Assembly (NCBI GenBank): GCA_000432435.1
Contig: HF993133.1
Span: forward strand, 55,428 to 119,427
Reading direction: 5' to 3'
Origin: Eubacterium sp. CAG:180
Lineage (GTDB): Bacteria > Bacillota > Clostridia > Oscillospirales > Acutalibacteraceae
DNA: 64,000 nucleotides
The translations under genes were made by a program, and so were the position numbers. Of the stretch, positions 9,189 to 18,667 are shown one piece after another. The number at the start of each line of letters is the position of its first letter. The first letter of the stretch is position 1. The notes below the pieces were generated by a model. It was not told the origin of the DNA. It worked only from the letters and a program-made list of their open reading frames with translations, and did no database searches.

Positions 9189-10676
9189 ATGTCAGATTCA
9201 CACAAGCTGCAAAGAGCAGCGGTTAAAGTAACGCTTGACAAGGTAATGAAATACATTGACAAGAATCCGCAGGAAAACATCTGCAAAATGCTGTCGGTGG
9301 CGGAAAAGCTAACCAAAAACATATTCCCCGCAGGCAATCTTAAAAAGATGAGGGAAGTCGTCCGGGATGATAATAATGTATGGACCAAGTACGCCCTCGG
9401 CATTTTAAACGACATTGACCGCGATGTAATCAAAAAAATGATTATGGCGTTCGGCTTTGACGCAGGATACTACGGCACAAAGACCGTTCGCAGAAATCGC
9501 GAAAAGCTTCACTGCAACGTGCCGTTCATAATCCTTTTTGACCCCACGAGCGCGTGTAACCTCCACTGCAAGGGCTGTTGGGCTGCGGAATACGGCCACA
9601 AGCAAAGCCTTACGAACGAAGAAATGCAGAGCATAGTCTCTCAGGGCAAGGCACTCGGCACCCATGTATATATGCTCACCGGCGGCGAGCCGCTCATACG
9701 CAAAAACGACATAATAGAGCTTGCCGCAAACAATCAGGATTGCGTATTTTTAATATACACAAACGCAACGCTTGTAGACCAAAAATTCTGTGATGACCTT
9801 AAAAGAGTCGGCAACGTCGCCCTTGCCATGAGCATTGAGGGCACGGAGGAGTCAAACGACTGGCGCCGCGGCGAGGGAGCTTACAATGCCACGCTCAAGG
9901 CGATGGAGCTTCTTAAAAAGAACAAATGCCTCTTCGGCATTTCGGTCTGCTACACGCGCAAAAACGACGAATACGTAACGAGCGACGATTTCATCGACAA
10001 GATGATAGAAAACGGCTCGAAATTCGCATTTTATTTCAACTATATGCCCGTGGGTCACGGTGCCGACAAGGAGCTTATCCCGACTCCCGACCAAAGGGAA
10101 TATATGTACCGCTGGCTTCGCAAAATGCGTAACGGCAAAACGGGTAAGCCGATGTTCGTTATGGATTTCCAGGACGACGGCGAATATGTCGGCGGCTGCA
10201 TAGCGGCAGGCAGAAACTATTTCCACATAAATTCCGCAGGTGACATAGAGCCGTGCGTATTTATACACTATTCCGATACAAATATACGCACTCACACGCT
10301 TCTCGAGGCACTCAAGAGTCCGCTCTTTACCGCATATTACAAGGGTCAGCCGTTTAACGACAATCATTTAAGGCCCTGTCCGATGCTTGAAAATCCCGAG
10401 CTTTTACGCAAAATAGTAAAGGAGAGCGGAGCGCATTCCTCGGACCTTTTAAATAAAGAGGATGTCGATGAGCTTTGCGATAAATGCGTAGACTTTGCAA
10501 AGGAATGGGCACCGCGCGCCGAAAAGCTTTGGAATTCCACAAAGCACCGCGATACGCACACACAGTACTACCGCGACACCGAAGAGGGCAAACGCGAATT
10601 CGGCTGCTCCGGCAACTGTGCCCTCTGTGCTTCGCACGCCGCAGAAGCTTCCGACTCGGAAAAGAAAACGGACTGA
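9189..10676 (+). CDS. Radical SAM enzyme with about 115-aa helical N-terminal extension and Cys-rich SPASM/twitch-like C-terminal region; function unknown
   Basis: 495 aa. CNLHCKGCW (Cx3Cx2C) followed by the GGEPL motif. C-terminal cysteines: C..(18)..C with G-x4-C, CPML, CDKC, CSGNCALC. Confidence 0.85.
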   Translation: MSDSHKLQRAAVKVTLDKVMKYIDKNPQENICKMLSVAEKLTKNIFPAGNLKKMREVVRDDNNVWTKYALGILNDIDRDVIKKMIMAFGFDAGYYGTKTVRRNREKLHCNVPFIILFDPTSACNLHCKGCWAAEYGHKQSLTNEEMQSIVSQGKALGTHVYMLTGGEPLIRKNDIIELAANNQDCVFLIYTNATLVDQKFCDDLKRVGNVALAMSIEGTEESNDWRRGEGAYNATLKAMELLKKNKCLFGISVCYTRKNDEYVTSDDFIDKMIENGSKFAFYFNYMPVGHGADKELIPTPDQREYMYRWLRKMRNGKTGKPMFVMDFQDDGEYVGGCIAAGRNYFHINSAGDIEPCVFIHYSDTNIRTHTLLEALKSPLFTAYYKGQPFNDNHLRPCPMLENPELLRKIVKESGAHSSDLLNKEDVDELCDKCVDFAKEWAPRAEKLWNSTKHRDTHTQYYRDTEEGKREFGCSGNCALCASHAAEASDSEKKTD

Positions 10677-10698
10677 AAACAATAGCTTTAAAAAGCAT

Positions 10699-10736
10699 AA
10701 AGACCGGCTGCAGCATTTTGTTACAGCCGGTCTTTC
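10699..10736 (+). terminator. Rho-independent terminator after the radical SAM gene
   Basis: agaccggctg / cagccggtct 10-bp stem followed by a T-run. Confidence 0.7.
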
Positions 10737-10861
10737 AATTAAGCACCTTTCTGTGCAAATCCGTATATCAAAAAAATCGCCCCGCAATCCTGTGAATAAC
10801 GAAAATGCCCCGCAAAAGGCAGGCGAAGAGTTTGGGCCTCTCTGCCTTTTCAATATACAGA

Positions 10862-10954
10862 AAAAAGGTACCGGGAAAAACCCGATACCTTTGTTGTCTG
10901 TGGGGTACAGAAAAGATGTTTTTATGTTTTTTGTGGATAGAGTTGAACTCTCGG
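10862..10954 (-). repeat. Repeat unit 1: terminator hairpin, about 35-nt conserved spacer, then a tRNA 3'-half-like segment (T-arm-like gagagttcaactct plus tccaca)
   Basis: Direct repeat of the 11137..11230 unit, about 80% identical over roughly 58 bp. The minus-strand reading resembles a tRNA T-arm/acceptor 3' end followed by a terminator. Confidence 0.5.
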
Positions 10955-11041
10955 AATTTTTAATGAAATCGTTCGCGTTGCTCACGATGAAATCAAAACC
11001 TACGGTTTTGATGAAATTTTCGGCTACGCAGAAAATGAAAT

Positions 11042-11132
11042 TAAATCCACCCATCGCCGCAGCGATTTCATACGCTGAAAGCGTATTTCATATTGCGAAG
11101 CAATATTTCACCCACCCGCAAGGGTGGATTTA
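11042..11132. other. Long-range inverted repeat (aaatccaccc ... gggtggattt) enclosing an internal hairpin, preceded by three (g/a)atgaaat(c/t) direct repeats spaced about 23 bp apart
   Basis: Read directly from the sequence; no convincing ORF here (the 58-aa frame lacks an RBS). Confidence 0.4.
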
Positions 11133-11136
11133 GTTG

Positions 11137-11230
11137 AAAAGGACAGATTTCTAACGAAATCTGTCCTTTTCTGTCTGTTGGGTACGAAAAAGATGTTTTT
11201 CCGTTTTTACAGGAGAGAGTTGAACTCTCG
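11137..11230 (-). repeat. Repeat unit 2: terminator hairpin aaaaggacagatttc..gaaatctgtcctttt, conserved spacer, then a tRNA 3'-half-like segment containing the palindrome gagagttgaactctc
   Basis: Second copy of the unit at 10862..10954. Lies immediately outside the island gene cluster, so it is a candidate att-site remnant. Confidence 0.5.
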
Positions 11231-11257
11231 AGCGACTTGCATTTACAAATGATATTT

Positions 11258-12645
11258 TCAGTTATGATCTAAAGCACATTTTATACAAAATCCATTACCG
11301 CCATCATTTTCAATATCAAGTGGAGTTCCACACGCTGGGCAGTAACCTAGCTCCCCAGGCGGTTCTGGTCTATCATTAAAATAGGTTTGCTCTAACTTTC
11401 CTTCACTTATAACTGCGGTTTCATAACTATTATCATCTTCGAAATCATAAAAAACTTCTGCTCCTCGCTCTACTTGCACAATAATCTGTCCTTCAAACAC
11501 ATGGTCTCTTCCATCAGAACGAATAATTTCTCTTGTGTCTTCATCTCTTCCCCAGTATTCATAAGATGTTCCTTCTACAGTTACTTTATAGACAAACTCA
11601 TAGATGGCCGTACTATCATCACGAGCAATTCTTTCTGCTCTAACAAACTCACTCTCAGTAATTTCAAACTCGTCAATTCCTTCGGAACCGATATTTGCTG
11701 ATTCTTCATCAATATACTCAGTAGCGTTATATATTAGTTCTTCTTCAACTGATTCAAAAACACTATTTGCAATCTTTACGCAATAATCATTATCTGTCAT
11801 TCGAAGAGCAATTTCAACTGCATCATTTTTTTCAATATCATAAGCCTCAGAAACATCTGAAAAAAAGTCTTTCGATGTCATAGGAACAATCTGTTGACCG
11901 GTTTTTTCAAATTCCTCGATAAGTTTTGTATGGAATTGTCTGTTTCCATCTATAACCTCCCACCAATCCGCCTTGACATCATCAGTAATAAAAATCAAAT
12001 TGGTTGATTCTTTTTTTGCATACCTTAAAGTTTCCTGCCAAAGTATCAAATCGCTATACATTCGAACGCCATCTTTATTCTTAGCATCTTTGAAGCCAGG
12101 CGGAATTTCGTTTTTATATCTTTTTTGACCTTCTTCACACCAACGATATATATCCTCTTGTGATGGTGCAATCATAACTTGTCCGTTAGTATCTATTGCT
12201 TCAATGAACTTTTCAAGAAAATCATTTCCAGCCCACGAATGTTGAATAAGTCCAAGAGCTGCATGGTCTTCGAAATAATTATCAAGTACAGATTTAACTG
12301 CATCTATTTTTTCTGATAGGTTAATCTTCAAGTCGTCAACATCTTGATACTGTAATCTTTCAAGGCTATGGCACGAATTAATTATCTTCGATTTTGCGGT
12401 TTCTATTTGCTTGGCCGTTTCTTTGCTCGCCTCTTCAATGCGTTTTTCCATTTTGGAAAACTCTCCGCGTTTGTGTTTTTCATACTCCAATCTCACGGTT
12501 GCAGGTAGAATTATATAATTTTTACAGCTTTTAAGCATTCAAGTGCAAACTCAGAGAATTCAGGAGAATACCTATAAATATTTAAAAGTACATTGGTATC
12601 TAAAATCACACGATATCCATTTTCAATCAACTCTTTTATAGTCAT
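11258..12645 (-). pseudogene. PIN-like (PIN_8/DUF4935-type) nuclease-domain protein with C-terminal zinc ribbon, disrupted by a 1-nt frameshift in an A/T homopolymer near 12519-12523
   Basis: A 43-aa frame MTIKELIENGYRVILDTNVLL...ECLKAVKII* has a good RBS (aaggaaag) and a PIN N-terminal motif. It continues in the -1 frame as the 426-aa ORF (NYIILPATVRLEYEKH...IFITDDVKADWW...CPACG..CIKC). One extra A would join the two frames. Confidence 0.6.
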
Positions 12646-12762
12646 TGTTTTCTTTCCTTTATATGTTCATTTACTTTTTTGTAAAATGCATAAAACAACT
12701 GAATTTTATTTTTTATATAAAATATATGTTGATATAATATCACAAAATTCTATTTTTTTCAA

Positions 12763-14430
12763 TTAGTTCAGCATCTGCTCAACTTTCAACCCGCCTACAA
12801 ATACTACCTTTATTTTTTCTTTGGATTCCACCACTACGCATTCGAGAATTTGGCGAATGATTTGATCGTCATAGGTTAGCGGATGATTTTTGAGTCCGTC
12901 AAGTATTGTGTATATTTCATCAAGACGGGATTTTGCGTTTTCTCTTTTCTGCTGTACCTCCGCATACTGAGCAAGCTGCTGTTCCAATCGGCTTTTTTCA
13001 TTCATCAGTTCCGTTGCCTTGGTTTCGTCAAAGCTTTCTACCGTATCGGCGGATATGGCTTTGAGCATTTTATGAAATTCCGCGTCTATTTCTGCTATGC
13101 GAATCTGTATATCAAGGCTTTTATCCTCTGTATCGTTTTGGTCTAGTCCCATACCGATGTGAAGTTTCAGCGTTTTAAGAATATCGGCATTGAGTTTTGC
13201 TGTATCTATAACGGCTGACATAATCGCATTTTGCAGTATGCTTTCTTCAATACTCGGCGAATGGTGGCAGTACTTTTTTCCGTAATCAAGACGGTTGATG
13301 CATCGCCATACGATTTTCTTTTTGCCTTTAGCAGTCCATGTACATCTGCGATACGGTGTTCCGCATTCTCCGCAGACAAGCAGTTCGGTTAAAGCGTATT
13401 TACCTGAATATTTGCCTTGCTCGGTTTTAGTACCAACTTGTTTGACTTTACGCTTGCCAGAACGCCGTGCCATTTCTTCCTGAACTCTGCCGAAAGTAGC
13501 GGAGTCTATAATCGCAGGATGATTGTTTTCTACATAATATTTCGGTCGCTCACCGTTATTGATTTTTACTTTTTTAGTAAGACAGTCCGATATATATGTT
13601 TTGTTAAGCACGGCATCGCCTTTATATTTTTCATTGGTGAGGATAGATTGTATTGTACCTCGAAGCCATGAGCCTTTGTCGGACGGTGTCGGCACACCGT
13701 CCGTATTTAAATCCTCTGCGATTTTTGCAAGGCTGTCGCCTGCGAGAAATCTTTCATATATTCGTTTAACGGTTTCAGCCTGTTCGGGATCAATTTCAGG
13801 TTTGCCGTCTGCACCTTTTCTATAGCCTAAAAACCGTTTGTATTGGAACGGTACATTGCCTTCTTTGGCGCTTTGTGCCTTACCCCATTTAACATTGGCG
13901 CTGATATTTTCCGATTCGCTCTGTGCGATACTGCCGTAGATGGTGATATAAAACTCTGCACCGGGATCGGTACTGTGGATGCCCTGTTCCTCGAAAAATA
14001 CATCTACGCCTAATTCTTTTAGCAATCTTGTGCTTTCAAGGCAGTCGACAGTATTTCGGGCAAAGCGTGATATGGATTTCGTAATAATCATATCAATCTT
14101 GCCACGTTTACACATTTTAATCATGCGTTTAAACTCATCACGTTTCTTAAGACTGGTGCCGGAGATTCCTTTATCAGCGAATATTTCTACCAAAGACCAT
14201 TTTGGCTCACTGTTAATTTTTTCGATGTAGTATTTTGTCTGCACTTCGTAACTATTCAGCTGTTCTTCCTCTTTGGTAGATACACGGCAGTAAGCAGCCA
14301 CCCGAAGCTGTCTGTATGCAGATTTGATTTCATCCTGAATATTAACCTGTGCAGGAATCACATGTACTGATTTCTGTGGTATTACTGCTGTTTGTGTCAT
14401 CGCTCTGCTCCTTTCCGATCTGCTGATCAT
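12763..14430 (-). mobile_element. Large serine recombinase (resolvase catalytic domain, recombinase domain, zinc ribbon, coiled-coil)
   Basis: 555 aa. Catalytic motif YCRVSTKEEEQ; Zn ribbon CGECG..C..C. Start overlaps the upstream recombinase gene by 89 bp. Confidence 0.9.
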
Positions 14431-15259
14431 TTAATAAAATTATGCTTACCGCACCGCCGGTGCTGAATTTAATTGCTTTAACGGTACGGTTGAATAAATC
14501 CATAGAAAATGCTGAAAGCGGACTCGCATTTGCAAAGTCCGCTTTTAATATTTTTGATGTATATTTTTGCGAATCTATATCCTTATATTTTAAAGATACA
14601 CATTCGAGTATCTTTTTCCGCAGGATATTTTTATCAAAGCTGTGACTGTCAAGCACCCTGCTGATTTCATTTTCAAATCTGCGAACATCCAAACTTGGGT
14701 CTTTATCAATATCTGTAATCATTTCAATTGCATCAGAATTGCTGATAACTGTATTTAAACATTGGGTAATACCATATATCAAATCGTTGTCTGATATGCT
14801 GATAATATTTTTACAGTTATCATTTTGACACAGCCACCAATCCTGACATTTTCGATTGCTGTCATGCCGCCTGCACATCTTACTGCAGCATTTTGGACAT
14901 AGTATCGGCACACCGAGATTAAATATATCTGATTTTCTGTCGATGTGCTTCTGCGTATTCTTTTCCGATTTTATCAGCATTAAGGTTTTATGCATATCTT
15001 CGTCTATAATCGGAGGATAGCTACTCGTACCGAGATAACGCTCATCCTCAATGATTCTTTTAATTCTTGATTTATTCCAACCACATACGCCGAGCATATA
15101 TTCAATCTGTTCATTGTTCAGATGTTCTGCAATTTTCAGCAGTGATAATCCGTTGAGGTATTCCGTAAAAATACGTTTGACGGTTTCAGTTTCTTTTTCT
15201 TGGATTGCTATACTGCCATTCTTGTATTGATAGCCGTATGGAATATTACGAATTTTCAC
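14342..15259 (-). mobile_element. Recombinase-domain/zinc-ribbon protein lacking the N-terminal serine catalytic domain (degenerate middle member of a three-recombinase cluster)
   Basis: 305 aa. Begins directly with the recombinase-domain motif (YGYQYKNGSIAIQEKETETVKRIF..), zinc ribbon CPKCCSKMC. No RVS catalytic serine motif. Overlaps both neighbours, indicating translational coupling. Confidence 0.75.
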
Positions 15260-16820
15260 GCCTGCGACACCGTCCTTTCAGTGGAATTTCTTCTGTAAGT
15301 TCAATATCACCGATGAGTTTAAATGTAAGATCTGCGTTGCTGTTCACAGTAATGCCGACTACAATTTTTTCGAACAGCTCTTCATCAAAATTGTTGCTCG
15401 GATCATAAGCTTCGAGGATCTCATTAAGACTGTTCAGCGTATCAAACCACGCATCATTTTCATCATCCGATAACTTTTTCCGTCTTTTTGTTCTGAGCGT
15501 GCTGATTTTATTATTTATCTCAGATGACTGTGCAGAGAATTCCGCAGAATTTATCACTCCGTTGGTATGAAGCCTTGCGATTACAAGATTTTGTGCGGCA
15601 AGGTCGGCAATTTTTTTGTCAATTCTGCGTATTACATCTATATTGTCTGATGTTCTGTTTTGCATTGCTTCAACTTGCCTGATTAAATCACCGAGTAAGG
15701 TTTTTCGATTATCCGTTAACTTTTGAACCAGCATTGTAAAGGTTTCATATACGGCAGTTTCTTTCAGCCTGAGTGGTCTGCAGTCCGTCATGCTTGCAGC
15801 TTTATTGCTGCATAACCAATATGCTGTACCTTTTACAATCTGCCGTCTGAAGGTCATTCCGCAGTCGGGACATCGCATAACTTTTGACAGCAAGTATTTG
15901 CCTTTGCTGTTACTGTAAACATTTTTTCTTGAATTTTGCAATGTCTGAACCGCTTGGTATATTTCGCGGCTTACAATCGGCGGATTGCTGTTTTCCACAT
16001 AGTATTTCGGCAGTTCGCCATGATTCATCTTTCTTTTGAACGGTAAAGTTTCAGTTGTATAGCTCTTTTGGAGCAGAGCATCACCCATATACCGTTCGTT
16101 ATTTAAGATATAGTGTACTGTGGACTCATACCATTTGTCTTTACCATATCTTCTGCTCACGCCTTCGTCATTGAGAATATTCGCAATACTTTGCTTTCCG
16201 ACTCCACTGAGATATAAATCGAATATGCGTCGGATGATGGCAGCTTGCGGTTCGTTAATCATCAATTGTCCGTCTTTTAAAATATATCCGTATGCAGGAT
16301 TGCAACAATTGAATTCACCTGATTCCATCCGCTTTTTATAGCTCCAACGCATATTCCCCGATATGGACTCGCTCTCTTGCTGAGCCGCCATACCGGGGAA
16401 TGTAACGATCATTTCCATATTCAGTTTATCAGTATCAATGCCTTGTTCCTCAAAATACACGCTGATACCGAGTTCCTTCAGCAGTCTGATACATACCAAT
16501 AGCTCCTGCGTATTTCTTGCAAATCGGGATACTGATTTTACAACGATACGATCGATTTTGCCTTTTTTGCAATCACGAATTAACCGATTCAGTTCATCGC
16601 GCTTTTCCATTGAAGTGCCTGTCAGACCTTCATCTGCATATATATCCACCAATTTGTATTCGGGATGCTTTTGCTCATAATCCTTGTAGTATCTGATTTG
16701 TGCGGCGAAGGAGTGCAACTGATCCGCAGAATCGCTTGACACACGGCAATAGGCTGCCAAACGAATGATTTTATTTTCTTCCTTACTCTTAGCCGTTATT
16801 TCTGTTACATTCATAAGCAT
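15246..16820 (-). mobile_element. Large serine recombinase
   Basis: 524 aa. YCRVSSDSADQ catalytic motif, recombinase domain, Zn ribbon CPDCG..C. Confidence 0.9.
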
Positions 16821-17073
16821 TTTCCTTTCCGCAGATTCTATCTGCTGTTGTCACCTTATCTTCGGTGCAACACCAACAATACCACAAGAGTTCACATACT
16901 TCCAGCGAAATTGAGCAGATTTAAAAATTTAGACACAATAAATTTTTGTGCTGTAGTATTCCGAACTTATACGCACGATTCTGTTATATTCATCTTCTGT
17001 AATCAGATTCATTTTCAGCAAATGCCTTAACATATTTACACTGTAATAAAATGCCGAATTATTTATATCTTCT

Positions 17074-17442
17074 TTATTTTTCATTTTGTAACCTCTCTAA
17101 ATAGTCAAGACCTAAACTGATTAAGATTGCTTTATCAATCCGTTTCATCTGCCTATCATCCATTTCACCGACAAATCTGCCGAGACGGGATTTGTCGATT
17201 GTTCTTATCTGTTCAAGTAGAACCATGGATTCTTTTTTCATGCAGTCTGATTTAAAAATAACATGTGTCGGAAGGTACGGCTTATCCAGTTCCCCTGTGA
17301 TCGGTGCTACAATTGTAGTTGTGCTATGAAGATTTCCTTTATCGTTCTGCAGGATAACCACAGGGCGGATACCGCCTTGCTCAGAACCCATAACCGGGCA
17401 TAAATTGGCGTAATATATTTCTCCTCGTTTTATTTGTTCCAT
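17074..17442 (-). CDS. mazF: MazF/PemK-family mRNA interferase toxin (type II TA toxin) with no recognisable antitoxin gene upstream
   Basis: 122 aa. GEIYYANL..GSEQGG.RPVVILQND PemK/MazF signature. ggagg RBS present. Upstream neighbour is an ORF-poor GC-rich stretch rather than a MazE/PemI gene. Confidence 0.85.
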   Translation of the reverse strand: MEQIKRGEIYYANLCPVMGSEQGGIRPVVILQNDKGNLHSTTTIVAPITGELDKPYLPTHVIFKSDCMKKESMVLLEQIRTIDKSRLGRFVGEMDDRQMKRIDKAILISLGLDYLERLQNEK

Positions 17443-17919
17443 TTTCCTTGCCTCCGTTAATAAGTAAAAGGCGATCGCTTATCAAAATTGGTAAACGACC
17501 GCCTGTAATTTTGTATCAATCGTTTTGTTATCCGATATTTGAACCACGCCACCCCTCGAATACACGGGAACGCACTTTCCGACCATGCATTTGGCCTCAT
17601 TGGAATTTCACCACTCCGAGGATCTCTCCGAGCCGCTCTCCTTTGTTGCGACGGTCTTATCACGCTCGACTTTAGGACTGAACGGAAGTATCATTATTGC
17701 CTCTGCCTGTCATCGCCTTCGTGCAGATTGCCTGTATCGTCTGAGTCCTGAAGGCACTGAAAATCAATGCGTTCGCTCATGTGGCTCGCCGGTTTTAGCC
17801 GACAGCAGAGGGAATGTAAAAAATGCGCTGTGATATTTACTTTTCAAGGAACAACAGAGGCAAAAGAAATGCCCCTCACTTTCCATGCCGAAAAGTAAGG
17901 GGGTTGATAACCAAAAATT

Positions 17920-18429
17920 TTAAATTTTCATCATTTTTTTAAGTTTTTCAAGAATTTTGACTTTTCTCTTATGTATTGCAACCTGCGAAATTCCGTATTT
18001 TTCTGCAAGCGTGCGTTCGGATAATTCTTCATAAAATATTTCACGAATAAGTTTTTGCTCATCTTCTGCAAGTAGAGGCAAAGCAGATTTTAGCTTGTCC
18101 GTCATTATTTTTCGAATAACTTGTTCGTCAAGAGGTTCGCTCTCATCCGCAAGAATATCCTCACCATTGAAATCATCGGTTGTGAGCATATCATAAGAGA
18201 AATCGTTGTTTTCTGCTGAACGTTCATCTATGTATTTTTGACGGCGTTTGGATTTATAGAAATTTCTATAAGTTTCTTCTGTTACTTCCATAAGCATTCC
18301 GTGCAGAGGGATAAATAACTTGTCCGCATAAGAAATATCGTTTTCTTTAAACGAGCAAAAATCCTCATAACTTAATTCTTTGTAATTACCGTTTTCTAAA
18401 ATAAATACTTTTTTCGGTGTATTTTTCAC
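17920..18429 (-). CDS. Sigma-70 region-4 (HTH) domain protein, ECF/Tn916-Orf7-like regulator typical of Firmicutes mobile elements
   Basis: 169 aa. C-terminal LSERTLAEKYGISQVAIHKRKVKILEKL helix-turn-helix. A 9-bp inverted repeat caatctaaa/tttagattg lies just upstream of the start. Confidence 0.7.
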   Translation of the reverse strand: MKNTPKKVFILENGNYKELSYEDFCSFKENDISYADKLFIPLHGMLMEVTEETYRNFYKSKRRQKYIDERSAENNDFSYDMLTTDDFNGEDILADESEPLDEQVIRKIMTDKLKSALPLLAEDEQKLIREIFYEELSERTLAEKYGISQVAIHKRKVKILEKLKKMMKI

Positions 18430-18667
18430 CGTTATTTCCTCCTATCAATCTAAATTTTTAGGTTTAGATTGGTTTGGAGGACTGCGGCAACCTACGCTAT
18501 AATAATTGATACAGCTATAGGCACAATAAAAAAGGCCAAATTTGCCCCTCGTTATGCAAAGGGTAAATTTGGCTTTATAGTTGGTATTTAAATTTTGAAT
18601 TTTTACATTTTTAATAGTCTATATTTACATAATAATATATTATCTCAATGAATAAAGTTTTTTCTTT

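Noticed and set aside
10495-11133. 212-aa plus-strand ORF spanning the radical SAM 3' end and the repeat region
   Set aside because: It runs through two terminator hairpins and the att-like repeats. It has a low-complexity, basic, Ala/Pro/Lys-rich composition and no RBS. The embedded 58-aa MKS.. frame also lacks an RBS. Judged a spurious frame over structured non-coding DNA.
16928-17084. Small ORF immediately downstream of and overlapping the mazF stop (possible coupled partner)
   Set aside because: On re-reading the reverse complement base by base, the frame starting at the overlapping ATG is only 29 codons. A separate 34-codon frame (MLRHLLKMNLITEDEYNRIVRISSEYYSTKIYCV) has no clear RBS. 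Too short and unsupported to call.
17457-17663. 68-aa ORF directly upstream of mazF as a candidate MazE antitoxin
   Set aside because: Arg/Trp-rich basic sequence with no AbrB/RHH-like features. It lies in GC-rich DNA where random ORFs are common. Kept as part of the finding but not annotated as a gene.
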